Shown: positions 1 to 7,748 of the stretch, in pieces | Position numbering within the stretch: position 1 is the first letter of the stretch | How the letters are laid out: each line of letters begins with the position of its first letter | Source of the DNA: a virus | Taxonomy: Duplodnaviria > Caudoviricetes | Direction: 5' to 3' (one strand) | Length of the DNA stretch: 43,760 nucleotides | Virus record (IMG/VR): IMGVR_UViG_3300033485_000035 | Coordinates: 1-43,760 of that record | Translations under genes and position numbers: made by a program | Notes under the pieces: model-generated | What the model saw: the letters and a program-made list of their open reading frames with translations, nothing else | Databases searched by the model: none | What the model was told of the DNA's origin: nothing

Positions 1-127
1 AGGTGAAGCGTGCGCCGGTCAGGTTGTCCTCGTTCCACGCGATCAGAACGTTCACGCTGTTCGTCAGATCGACGGCCGCCGCCCAGTTGGCCCAGAGGGT
101 AGAGGCCAGCGTATCGTAAAAGAGAGT
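1..127. repeat. Terminal direct repeat, copy 1 (identical to 43634-43760); circular assembly overlap
   Basis: Exact 127-nt match AGGTGAAGCG...AAAAGAGAGT at both ends. 127 is a common assembler k-mer, and a reading frame continues through the join. Confidence 0.97.
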
Positions 128-790
128 GGCGATCGACGTTTCCGCCCAGGAGTTGGCCGAGTCGTCGAACAGCTTGCGGCTGATCTCGTTCGCGCTTGCA
201 TCCCAGAAGAAGCACATCAGATCCTGATTGTCGGCGCCCCATCCCGGCAGCAGGATCCATTGATCTGTCGTCGCTGCCTCGGTCGCGCTGTTCTTCCCGG
301 TGAACGTGGCGCCAGCATCGGTCGACACGGCGAAGCCGTGCTCCGCCCCAGCGTCGATGCAGTACAGGACTCCAATGTTCCCGCCACGCGCTCTCGTGAT
401 CGAGAGCGCGCCACCGGCCGCCGTGCTCGTGCCAGAAAGGATCACAACTGGCGACGCGCTCAGCGTGTCAGTCGAGGCGTCTAGGCTCCTGTACTCGACG
501 TTGTCGTTTGTAGTCTCGATGTACGCAATATGGATCACGTCTCCGCTGATGCCGCTCCATCGGTCGTACCAGACAGCAACAGCAACGGCGCCCCCAGCGG
601 TCAGAATGCCAACGGGGTTGCCCCACGTGATACCGTGATCGGTCGACTTGTGGTAGACGATATTGTTGAGCCCGGTCGTCAAGAACACGTACAGATCGCC
701 GTTCGGCTTCTCGACGACGTAGTTGGTCGACCCGCCCGTGAACTGCGAGGTCGTAGTGGTGCTTACCACCACGTCTTTAATCGCAGGCAT
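1..790 (-). CDS. 5' part of a 394-aa Asp-box (BNR) beta-propeller / sialidase-like virion-associated protein; continues at 43633-43239
   Basis: ATG at 790 with AGGAG RBS; begins MPAIKDVVVSTTTTSQF. Open through position 1 and in frame with ORF 43239..43688. Asp-box motifs STDHGITW, STDAGATF, SADSGTTW. Confidence 0.8.
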   Translation of the reverse strand, partial: MPAIKDVVVSTTTTSQFTGGSTNYVVEKPNGDLYVFLTTGLNNIVYHKSTDHGITWGNPVGILTAGGAVAVAVWYDRWSGISGDVIHIAYIETTNDNVEYRSLDASTDTLSASPVVILSGTSTAAGGALSITRARGGNIGVLYCIDAGAEHGFAVSTDAGATFTGKNSATEAATTDQWILLPGWGADNQDLMCFFWDASANEISRKLFDDSANSWAETSIATLFYDTLASTLWANWAAAVDLTNSVNVLIAWNEDNLTGARFT

Positions 791-800
791 GGCGTCTCCT

Positions 801-1232
801 TTAGGAGAGCGTGAACACGCTGGTCGTAAAGTCGACCACGAACTGCTCCCCGTCGTTCACGGTGATCGCCGACCCGTAGTCGTACCAGCCCACCAGTGGA
901 TCGGCCGGACTCGTCTGCGTATCGTTGTAGATCACGGCGTACCGGAAGGGTCCGAAGGATCCACCGCTCGCCGTCCACGTCACGTCGGTAGCGGTGACGG
1001 TGAGAACGCCGCCCGTTTCCGAGCACGCGTTCTGGATGTCAACCCCACCGGAGGGCGTGTACCCGAACTGGACCGTGATCTCGGCGATGTCGGTCTTGAC
1101 CGTGTCGGCGGCGAGCGGCAACTCGTTCGACAGGTAGACCTTCAGCACGTGCCCCGTCGATGTCAAGTCGTGCTTCGCAGCGCCTAGCTGCTCGACGAAG
1201 TCGTTGAACTTGTTGAACGCTACGTTCGGCAT
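801..1232 (-). CDS. Conserved phage virion-type beta protein (143 aa)
   Basis: GGAG RBS. Motifs LKVYL..., DVTWTASGGSFGPFRYAVIYNDT and LVGWYDYGSAIT resemble a widespread phage structural hypothetical family. Confidence 0.75.
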   Translation of the reverse strand: MPNVAFNKFNDFVEQLGAAKHDLTSTGHVLKVYLSNELPLAADTVKTDIAEITVQFGYTPSGGVDIQNACSETGGVLTVTATDVTWTASGGSFGPFRYAVIYNDTQTSPADPLVGWYDYGSAITVNDGEQFVVDFTTSVFTLS

Positions 1233-1265
1233 CGGTTACTCCTTCTTCTTCGGCCGCCTCGCGGC

Positions 1266-2105
1266 CTACAGCTTACCCCATCTTACGTTGCGGAAGTAGA
1301 TGTAGGGCGACCCGCCAAAGAGCGATAGCCCGTCCACGTTCCCGACTACTAGGTACTCCATGTCCTTCGAGTCACGGTGGATCGCGATCGTCTTTTCGCG
1401 CGATACGCTCCCAACCGTCGCCTTCATCCACAAGTGCGTCGCGTCATTGCGCCGCCATTCGAGCCGGAGCGTGGTCCACGTCTTGACGATGATCGGCACC
1501 GAGAGCGGCCAGATGTCGCAGACGATATCCTTGACCCCGCCCCGGTCGTACCAGGCGTTCCCCGCCGCGTCCGCGTTGTAGGTGTTGATACGCCAGCCAT
1601 CGGTGCGGATCGTCAAGTCGGGCCGCAGCCATCCCCCGTAGGGGCGCGGGTCGCCGAGGTATTCCGAGTAGGATGTCGGCCCGCCCATGTGCTTCCCGCC
1701 ACCCGTGCCGGGCACCTGCTCGGTCGCGAGATAGTAGTCAAAGGAGATCCAACCCTTCGGCCATCGTTCGTCTGTGGCTCCGAGTTGCCGGTAGGCTTGC
1801 GCGTTGGAGCGCATGATGCCGTAGCCGGCGGGATCGGTGAGGAAGTTGTCGTACTCGTCGCCGCACCAGTCCTGCCAGAAGCCACCGAGGGCATCGGCGC
1901 CGACGAAGCAGGCGCCGGGAGGTGGTGGTGGCGGGGGCGGCGGCGGGGGCGGCGGCGGAGGGTCCGGTGCGGTCGGTAGCAGGTCGAGCGAGTCGAGCAC
2001 CGAGTACACGCGCGCATTGATCTGCGCGTCGATCGCCTGCTCGGTCGCGCCCGCGAAGGCCGTCGCGGCGAACATGAGCGGCACCAGGAACACCATCTTT
2101 CTCAT
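1266..2105 (-). CDS. Secreted protein: signal peptide, 15-Pro linker, jelly-roll / polysaccharide-lyase-like domain
   Basis: AGGAG RBS; MRKMVFLVPLMFAATAFA signal peptide; P15 run; ISFDYY...GGKHMGG...WTTLRLEW...IYFRNVR. Confidence 0.65.
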   Translation of the reverse strand: MRKMVFLVPLMFAATAFAGATEQAIDAQINARVYSVLDSLDLLPTAPDPPPPPPPPPPPPPPPGACFVGADALGGFWQDWCGDEYDNFLTDPAGYGIMRSNAQAYRQLGATDERWPKGWISFDYYLATEQVPGTGGGKHMGGPTSYSEYLGDPRPYGGWLRPDLTIRTDGWRINTYNADAAGNAWYDRGGVKDIVCDIWPLSVPIIVKTWTTLRLEWRRNDATHLWMKATVGSVSREKTIAIHRDSKDMEYLVVGNVDGLSLFGGSPYIYFRNVRWGKL

Positions 2106-2120
2106 CGCATCACGCTCCTT

Positions 2121-2420
2121 TTACTTGTAGACCAGATGGAGAACGATCGGCACCGCGAAGGCCAAGAAGGCGATCACCGCGCCAAGACCCCAGGTGACTC
2201 TCTCTAGTCCGACGACCCGAGTGGTCATTTCGCGGTAGCCGTACTCGTAGGCTGTCTTATCGATGAACTTGGCCTGCATTTCCAACAGTTGCGCGTGCGA
2301 GTGATTCAGGTCGCTGAGTCGGCGGCTGAGCTCTTCAGCCGCAAGGCGAAGCGCCTCAGACTGCGCAGCCATTCTTATGTCCACGTAGTCGCGCATCCGA
2401 ATCACGTCACGGTCGTTCAT
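2121..2420 (-). CDS. Holin-like / XhlA-like protein (coiled coil plus C-terminal TM helix)
   Basis: Likely start MNDRDV. Heptad-rich middle and TM WGLGAVIAFLAFAVPIVLHLVY. Lies directly downstream of the endolysin. Confidence 0.55.
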   Translation of the reverse strand: MNDRDVIRMRDYVDIRMAAQSEALRLAAEELSRRLSDLNHSHAQLLEMQAKFIDKTAYEYGYREMTTRVVGLERVTWGLGAVIAFLAFAVPIVLHLVYK

Positions 2421-2433
2421 GTCTTGATCCACG

Positions 2434-2976
2434 TCATGGCATCCTGTCAACAGCGCCGGCCAGAGCACGCCCGGCAGCTATCGTCCCGCCGTGCAGTATC
2501 CAGTGTAACTCTTGCTCGTTCGTCAGGAACGATACTTCCACAAGAGCTGCCCAAGGCCTCGTATCTCGGCACCAGGCAAGACGTTTTCGGGCTGACTCAG
2601 CATCTGACTTTACGCCTCGCGGGCTGCGGCCGATACGAACGAGCCCCGCGTGCAGCTGGGCCGCCAGCTCTCGCCCGCGCGCGCTCGATCCTGCATAGAA
2701 CGTCTCGCAACCGGCCGGGTCAGGCGAAGAGGACCAGTTGAGATGCACCTCAACGGCGAGATCGCCCGGCTGCGACCAGCGATTGACCCAGGCGATGCGC
2801 TCCGTTAACGTGGCCATCGGCACGAGGAGCGGCACGCAGTTAGCCATCGAAAGGGCCATCTCGTCGGCGATCGCCCACACGAGCGCATCCTCGCGGACGT
2901 TCACGACGACAGCACCCGGGTCGTCGGGTTTCGTCATCGGTCGCTCTTGATGGCCTGCCGCTATGAAACAGCGCAC
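2434..2976 (-). CDS. Endolysin, N-acetylmuramoyl-L-alanine amidase (Amidase_3)
   Basis: GTG start after GGGAGAAGAGG. Zn/catalytic motifs IAAGH..DPGA..RE, EVHLN, GCETFY, ALVEVSFLTN. Confidence 0.9.
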   Translation of the reverse strand: MRCFIAAGHQERPMTKPDDPGAVVVNVREDALVWAIADEMALSMANCVPLLVPMATLTERIAWVNRWSQPGDLAVEVHLNWSSSPDPAGCETFYAGSSARGRELAAQLHAGLVRIGRSPRGVKSDAESARKRLAWCRDTRPWAALVEVSFLTNEQELHWILHGGTIAAGRALAGAVDRMP

Positions 2977-2987
2977 GCCTCTTCTCC

Positions 2988-3941
2988 CTAGCTGATGTAG
3001 TACACCATCAGCGCGTCCGTCGTCAGGTCCACGTAGATGCCATTGATGCACTCAATCGCTCCCGGCATCAGCCCGGGAGGAGCATCACCCGCAGCGGCGA
3101 TCTGGTCGATAATCGTACCTCCGGCATCCGTGCCGTCATAGATGATCGCCGAGTTGGTAGTACCAGAGATACGGCGGCAGCCGAGATACCAGCACGGGCC
3201 GCGCGCCACGATGCCATCTGCGGTCATCTTCTTGGCGCGCACGACTCCCGGGAAGGCGTTGAAGCGGCGCGTGAGCGACATGGTACGGATTTCCATCGTG
3301 TTCGCCACCGCGCTGCCTGAGTTGATGGCCTTGAAAAAGGCCTGGCCGAGCACGCCCGACTGCCATAGCCGAGAGACTTTGCCGCGCGAGCTGTAACTGG
3401 CTACCTGCACACCGTTAGCGATAAAGTACACGGCCTCCGGATGGACTCGCATCTCTAAGTCCATGTATGAAAGGTCGCCAGCGTTCGGCAGCGATATGGG
3501 AGTGTCGGCTGCGAACTCGGCTCCGCCCGCGTACACTCGGGCCACCCAGCTCGTGCCGGTGCCGAGGAACTGCGCGTAGTTGCTCGCATCGACCTTGAGC
3601 GTCATCTCACGCGCGCAATCAGCCACGAGAGCCGTGCCGAATCGCAGGTGAGCCTTGAAGGTCATCTCGGCGTACGGCAGGAACACGGCGGTGGGCACGC
3701 TCAGGATGCTAGCGCTGCCGGCTGTGTTCGTCGAGGTGTTGAGCGTGATCCCTGACGACTGCGTGACCGTGCCGCCCGAGCCGGTACCGGCTGTCCACTT
3801 GTCGGTGTCGACGGTGGTCGCCTCGAAGGCATCGAATAGTAGCGCGTGCTCCATCGCTACAATCTGAGAGCCGGCCAGAGCGATCGCGGCTGACGAGTCT
3901 GGTACAGCCGAGTCCTGAGCTTTGCTAGTGTACTGAGCCAT
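2988..3941 (-). CDS. Putative tail/receptor-binding virion protein
   Basis: GGAGG RBS; G/S/T-rich and beta-rich; last gene of the tail block. Confidence 0.6.
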   Translation of the reverse strand: MAQYTSKAQDSAVPDSSAAIALAGSQIVAMEHALLFDAFEATTVDTDKWTAGTGSGGTVTQSSGITLNTSTNTAGSASILSVPTAVFLPYAEMTFKAHLRFGTALVADCAREMTLKVDASNYAQFLGTGTSWVARVYAGGAEFAADTPISLPNAGDLSYMDLEMRVHPEAVYFIANGVQVASYSSRGKVSRLWQSGVLGQAFFKAINSGSAVANTMEIRTMSLTRRFNAFPGVVRAKKMTADGIVARGPCWYLGCRRISGTTNSAIIYDGTDAGGTIIDQIAAAGDAPPGLMPGAIECINGIYVDLTTDALMVYYIS

Positions 3942-3954
3942 AGTGGCCCTCCCC

Positions 3955-4881
3955 TTAGACGTTCTCCTCGAACGTTAAATCCGTGTATGCACCGCCTCCG
4001 ACTACCGAGTACGACTGCGTTTCAGCGAAGCGCCCGAAAACGCAGGAGCCGTACGTGGACGACGGAGAGGCCCACAGGTCAGGCGGCGCGAGCACTGTAG
4101 GCATGTCGAGGCGCCAATGAGTCGCGGCGTGCGAGTTGGACCCGATGCCCCGGTGCATCAGCAGGCGATCGAGGGACACGCGCTCGATCTCGCTTTCGAA
4201 GCGCGTGCGCATAGACCAGAAGCGCGTGCCCTTTTCGTTGACCTTGTATGTGACGGGGCCGTTCGGCCTAGAGGCCATGATCGCTCCACCCTTCTGACCT
4301 CGGCCGAGCGGCGCTAGAATCGGGTGCGGGAAGGAGTAGATGCCTCCGGCTAACACGGCTCCGACAGCTGCGCCCCAAACGTTGCCGGTTCGAGTCGTCA
4401 TGCGAAAGTCCACGAGCAGGTAGCTGCAGCTGATCGGGCTCGCAAAGTACGCGAAGAAGTTGGCTCCGAGATTCTGCCAGTCGAGTATGGGTAGGGGCGT
4501 CCAGTCGAGGCGCACCGTGATCGTCGTTCCTACGCCGGTGCGTATCCTGACCTCCATCAGGCGCTCAAGGTTCGGGCCGCCGCTGTCCGCGTAGTAGTAG
4601 AGCGAGTGGCACTCGATGATGCCCACAGCTTGAATGGCCTGAAAGTAGCCACCGAATCCGTAGGCCACCGTCGTCGTGTTCGTCGCAGGGATAGCAGGCA
4701 TCGCGCGCCCGGGCCGGCCGGGCGTATACAGCATCGTGTTCTCCCACTCGTAACCCGGGTAGTCAGCCACTGAACAGGTCGGATCGACGCCCGAAGGAGT
4801 ACCTGTGCGCCAGATCGTGGCCGTGCTCGGATGAATGACATTCCGAGCGATGGCGATCGCAGTCTCTTGCCAGTAGGCCAT
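3955..4881 (-). CDS. Putative tail protein (distal-tail-like)
   Basis: TGATG coupling to the upstream gene; ends ...DLTFEENV; tail-module position. Confidence 0.55.
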   Translation of the reverse strand: MAYWQETAIAIARNVIHPSTATIWRTGTPSGVDPTCSVADYPGYEWENTMLYTPGRPGRAMPAIPATNTTTVAYGFGGYFQAIQAVGIIECHSLYYYADSGGPNLERLMEVRIRTGVGTTITVRLDWTPLPILDWQNLGANFFAYFASPISCSYLLVDFRMTTRTGNVWGAAVGAVLAGGIYSFPHPILAPLGRGQKGGAIMASRPNGPVTYKVNEKGTRFWSMRTRFESEIERVSLDRLLMHRGIGSNSHAATHWRLDMPTVLAPPDLWASPSSTYGSCVFGRFAETQSYSVVGGGAYTDLTFEENV

Positions 4882-7748
4882 CAGTAACCTCCATACCGCT
4901 CGTTGTTGATGGCCGTTACCTTCGACAGCACGAGGCCATTCTCGCTAGGGAGATACGTCACACTGTCCACGTACCAGATAGCGCCATACCAGTTTTGGCC
5001 GCTCTGGCCCGGCAGTTGCCGGATCGGGATCTTGCACTCGAAGTAGTCGTCGGCCTCTGCGGAGAGTTGGAACACGTCGCCCACTCGCAAGTCGAGGACG
5101 TGCATGTTCACGACCATCGTGAGGCGCACACGCTGGCAGGCCCACCATCGCAGCAGGTAGTTGCGAATAGCCAAGGCTTCGTGCCACCGGAATACGTAGG
5201 GCAGATCCTGCCGGTAGCGCCGCGTGCCGTAGCGCACGTAGCTCTCGTTCATCAGCAGGCCCATCTCGGTCGCCTTGTAATCGGTGGCCACTGTATTGTT
5301 GATGCCCGAGTCGGCCCCGCTGTTCTGCGTGTTGCGCGGCATGCCGGTATCGAAGGCCCCTCCGGCTTCGCCACCGGCTGTTGCGTACAGCTCTCTCGTG
5401 TACGTACCCTTGATCGTCGACCATCCGTAGCGCAGGCGCACCGTGTTCACCACTTCCTCGCGCTGCGTCATGCGGAACGACGTGGAGATCGTATCGGTGC
5501 GAAGGTCGATGCGACGGCGGAATGTGATCGGCGCACCGGTCTGCGGCCACAAGCACCCGAACGAACTGCGATAGCGGTTGCCCACGTCGGCGCTAGCTGC
5601 CTCGGGGTAGGTCACGAGTCGCAGGCCTGGAACGCAGGTACAGAGAGAGCGCGCGATCTCGCGCACACCGTTCCAGCTCGAATAGTTGGCCGCGAGCTTG
5701 AACGTTTCTGCCGTGCCCGTCGCTGCCGCTTCGATCACGGCCGCGTTCAGGGCCGCCGCTGTCGTGTTCCAGTCGTAGGGCTGCGAGCCACCCGTCTCGA
5801 ACTGATCTTGGTGAATCACCGGCCACGACGGGTTGTCCCAGCCGTAGTTGAGCAAATCCTCGCCACCGTACACGAGGATGGCATCGCGCAGGATGTAGGC
5901 TGGATTCATCACGCCGACGTGAGTGCTCGGCGCGCCAATCCAGTACGGCTCCGTGCCGCGATACGTAGCCACGCCCACTCCCGGGCCAAAGTAGTGTACA
6001 TTCCGCATCGCGGGCGGCGTCTCGGCTCCGAACACTCGGTACAAGTAGCGATCAGTGACAGTGTAGTCTGGCCGTGCTCGACCGGCAGAGTCGTAGCCGC
6101 CATCCACGAGCCGGTCGATCAGGCGCTCGCGTATCTCAAGGAACTTGCGATGCGGGTTGAACTTCACCTTCACCGAGAACTGAATGATGTCCCACACATC
6201 GCCGGCCACGCTCTTCGTCCATCCGAGGCCGATGGGCATCGGCTTGTACGGGTCCACATCCTGCTGCACGAACTCCCAGGTCATCGTTTGCGGAGCCGAG
6301 ATCAGGAGAGATGGCGAGAGAGAGATCAGCGCGAACGCGTACCCGTCCGTGTTCGGAGTCAGCACGGCACCGCCACTGCTTGAGTTGGCCGGGTTGCCGG
6401 CAAAGTCGATCTGCACGTAGACGTTCAGCGCGCCGCTGCCCGAGCGCCTGCGCGCGCAAACCTCGATCCGAATGTCATCGACGCAGCCCAGGTTGGAGTA
6501 CTGGCCGCCCAGCTCGAAGTAGCACACGCGCAGGCTGCCCGAGGCTACGTCATCCTTGAACCAGGAGTACCGGTCGCCGTCGATCATGTTCTGCGGCCCT
6601 CGGCGGCGATGCGTCAGGCCGAACAGCGAGTCGAGATTGTCGAGCCCAAGACCGTTTACGTTTCCTTCGATGCGCTTCGACGGGAAGAGCGTGGCCTGGC
6701 CTACGTACTTGTCCTGAATCCGGCCATAGGCCACCGACTTAAGATCCTCAAGGCCCGCGTCGGATAGGTAGTCGTACTGCGGATGCGAGGGCAGCATCAG
6801 GCCCATAGTAACGTACGGCTTGAAGTCGACGCCCGTTCTGTCGGCCTGGAAACCGGGCGCGAGGATAGCCACCTCATGCGGAGAGATCGGTATCACGAAG
6901 GCCTTCGTGCCGGGCGCGTCTCCAATGGCGTTCGACTTGTGCCGAGCTATCAGCCATTCGGAGTCGCGCTGATAGTCTGTGTCGTGCGAGCGAAAGACGC
7001 CCATGCAGATCGTCTCGTGCAGGTTCAAGCAGACAGGGAACAAAGGCATGTTCAAGTCAGCCACTGTGCCGTTGACGACTTGATTCTTGCAGAAGTCCTT
7101 CGAGTGCCAGAGGCCGAACTGGCCGTAGCAGATAGGGAAGGACTCGCCGAGCGATTCCTGCGGGGCCACGACGAAGTTTTTCCGCGTCATGGAGTAAGGC
7201 CGCTGCCGGTCCCAGCGCGTGTCCTCGATGAAGCGCATGACAACGATCGTGCCCTCTTCGACGACCTCGAACTCGGCCAGCAGACCCTTGAACAGGTAGT
7301 AGTGATCGGCCGTCGCATCACCCTTCGGCGTCAAGTAGAGCTGTGCCTGCCCGGGCCGAAACGCGTACCCCGGAGTAACGGGCGGCCCCGCCAGTGAATA
7401 CTGCGACAGGTAGTCCGACAGCTTGCCCTGCTTTAGCGAGGCTGGGATGATCTCGTTCTGCGAGTGCACGGCCATCGGCACGTTCAACGCTTCGACTGTC
7501 AGCGCAGCAACGCCGTCGCCCGACGGATTAGGCGTCATCGGGGCCGCATACGTGATCTCGGAGATGGAGCGGATAATGGCTGCCCCTCGATGATGCTCCT
7601 CGGGCGTTCCGTCGGCCTTGAACTTGATAGCCCCTCGCTCTTCGGTCGTCAAGATCAGCTCTAAGTCGGCCAGCGAAATGCGCAGCACGAGCTGGGCCAC
7701 GTAGGCCGACGTATCGAACTCCTTGACCTGAGTGTCAGTGAAGGCCAT
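4881..7748 (-). CDS. Large tail tip / baseplate hub protein (~955 aa)
   Basis: Starts MAFTDTQV, overlapping the TMP stop. Tail-tip-like segments GESFPICYG, NPAYILRD, VVNTVRLRY and LDLRVGDVFQL. Confidence 0.7.
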   Translation of the reverse strand: MAFTDTQVKEFDTSAYVAQLVLRISLADLELILTTEERGAIKFKADGTPEEHHRGAAIIRSISEITYAAPMTPNPSGDGVAALTVEALNVPMAVHSQNEIIPASLKQGKLSDYLSQYSLAGPPVTPGYAFRPGQAQLYLTPKGDATADHYYLFKGLLAEFEVVEEGTIVVMRFIEDTRWDRQRPYSMTRKNFVVAPQESLGESFPICYGQFGLWHSKDFCKNQVVNGTVADLNMPLFPVCLNLHETICMGVFRSHDTDYQRDSEWLIARHKSNAIGDAPGTKAFVIPISPHEVAILAPGFQADRTGVDFKPYVTMGLMLPSHPQYDYLSDAGLEDLKSVAYGRIQDKYVGQATLFPSKRIEGNVNGLGLDNLDSLFGLTHRRRGPQNMIDGDRYSWFKDDVASGSLRVCYFELGGQYSNLGCVDDIRIEVCARRRSGSGALNVYVQIDFAGNPANSSSGGAVLTPNTDGYAFALISLSPSLLISAPQTMTWEFVQQDVDPYKPMPIGLGWTKSVAGDVWDIIQFSVKVKFNPHRKFLEIRERLIDRLVDGGYDSAGRARPDYTVTDRYLYRVFGAETPPAMRNVHYFGPGVGVATYRGTEPYWIGAPSTHVGVMNPAYILRDAILVYGGEDLLNYGWDNPSWPVIHQDQFETGGSQPYDWNTTAAALNAAVIEAAATGTAETFKLAANYSSWNGVREIARSLCTCVPGLRLVTYPEAASADVGNRYRSSFGCLWPQTGAPITFRRRIDLRTDTISTSFRMTQREEVVNTVRLRYGWSTIKGTYTRELYATAGGEAGGAFDTGMPRNTQNSGADSGINNTVATDYKATEMGLLMNESYVRYGTRRYRQDLPYVFRWHEALAIRNYLLRWWACQRVRLTMVVNMHVLDLRVGDVFQLSAEADDYFECKIPIRQLPGQSGQNWYGAIWYVDSVTYLPSENGLVLSKVTAINNERYGGY

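Noticed and set aside
1-127. 127-bp end repeat as a biological terminal repeat or att site
   Set aside because: It lies mid-gene and has a typical assembler k-mer length; best explained as circular overlap.
4995-6383. Long plus-strand ORFs (e.g. 4995..6383, 20206..21306, 33454..34620, 41872..42999)
   Set aside because: Antisense shadows of well-supported minus-strand genes in GC-rich DNA; Arg/Ala-rich with no motifs or RBS.
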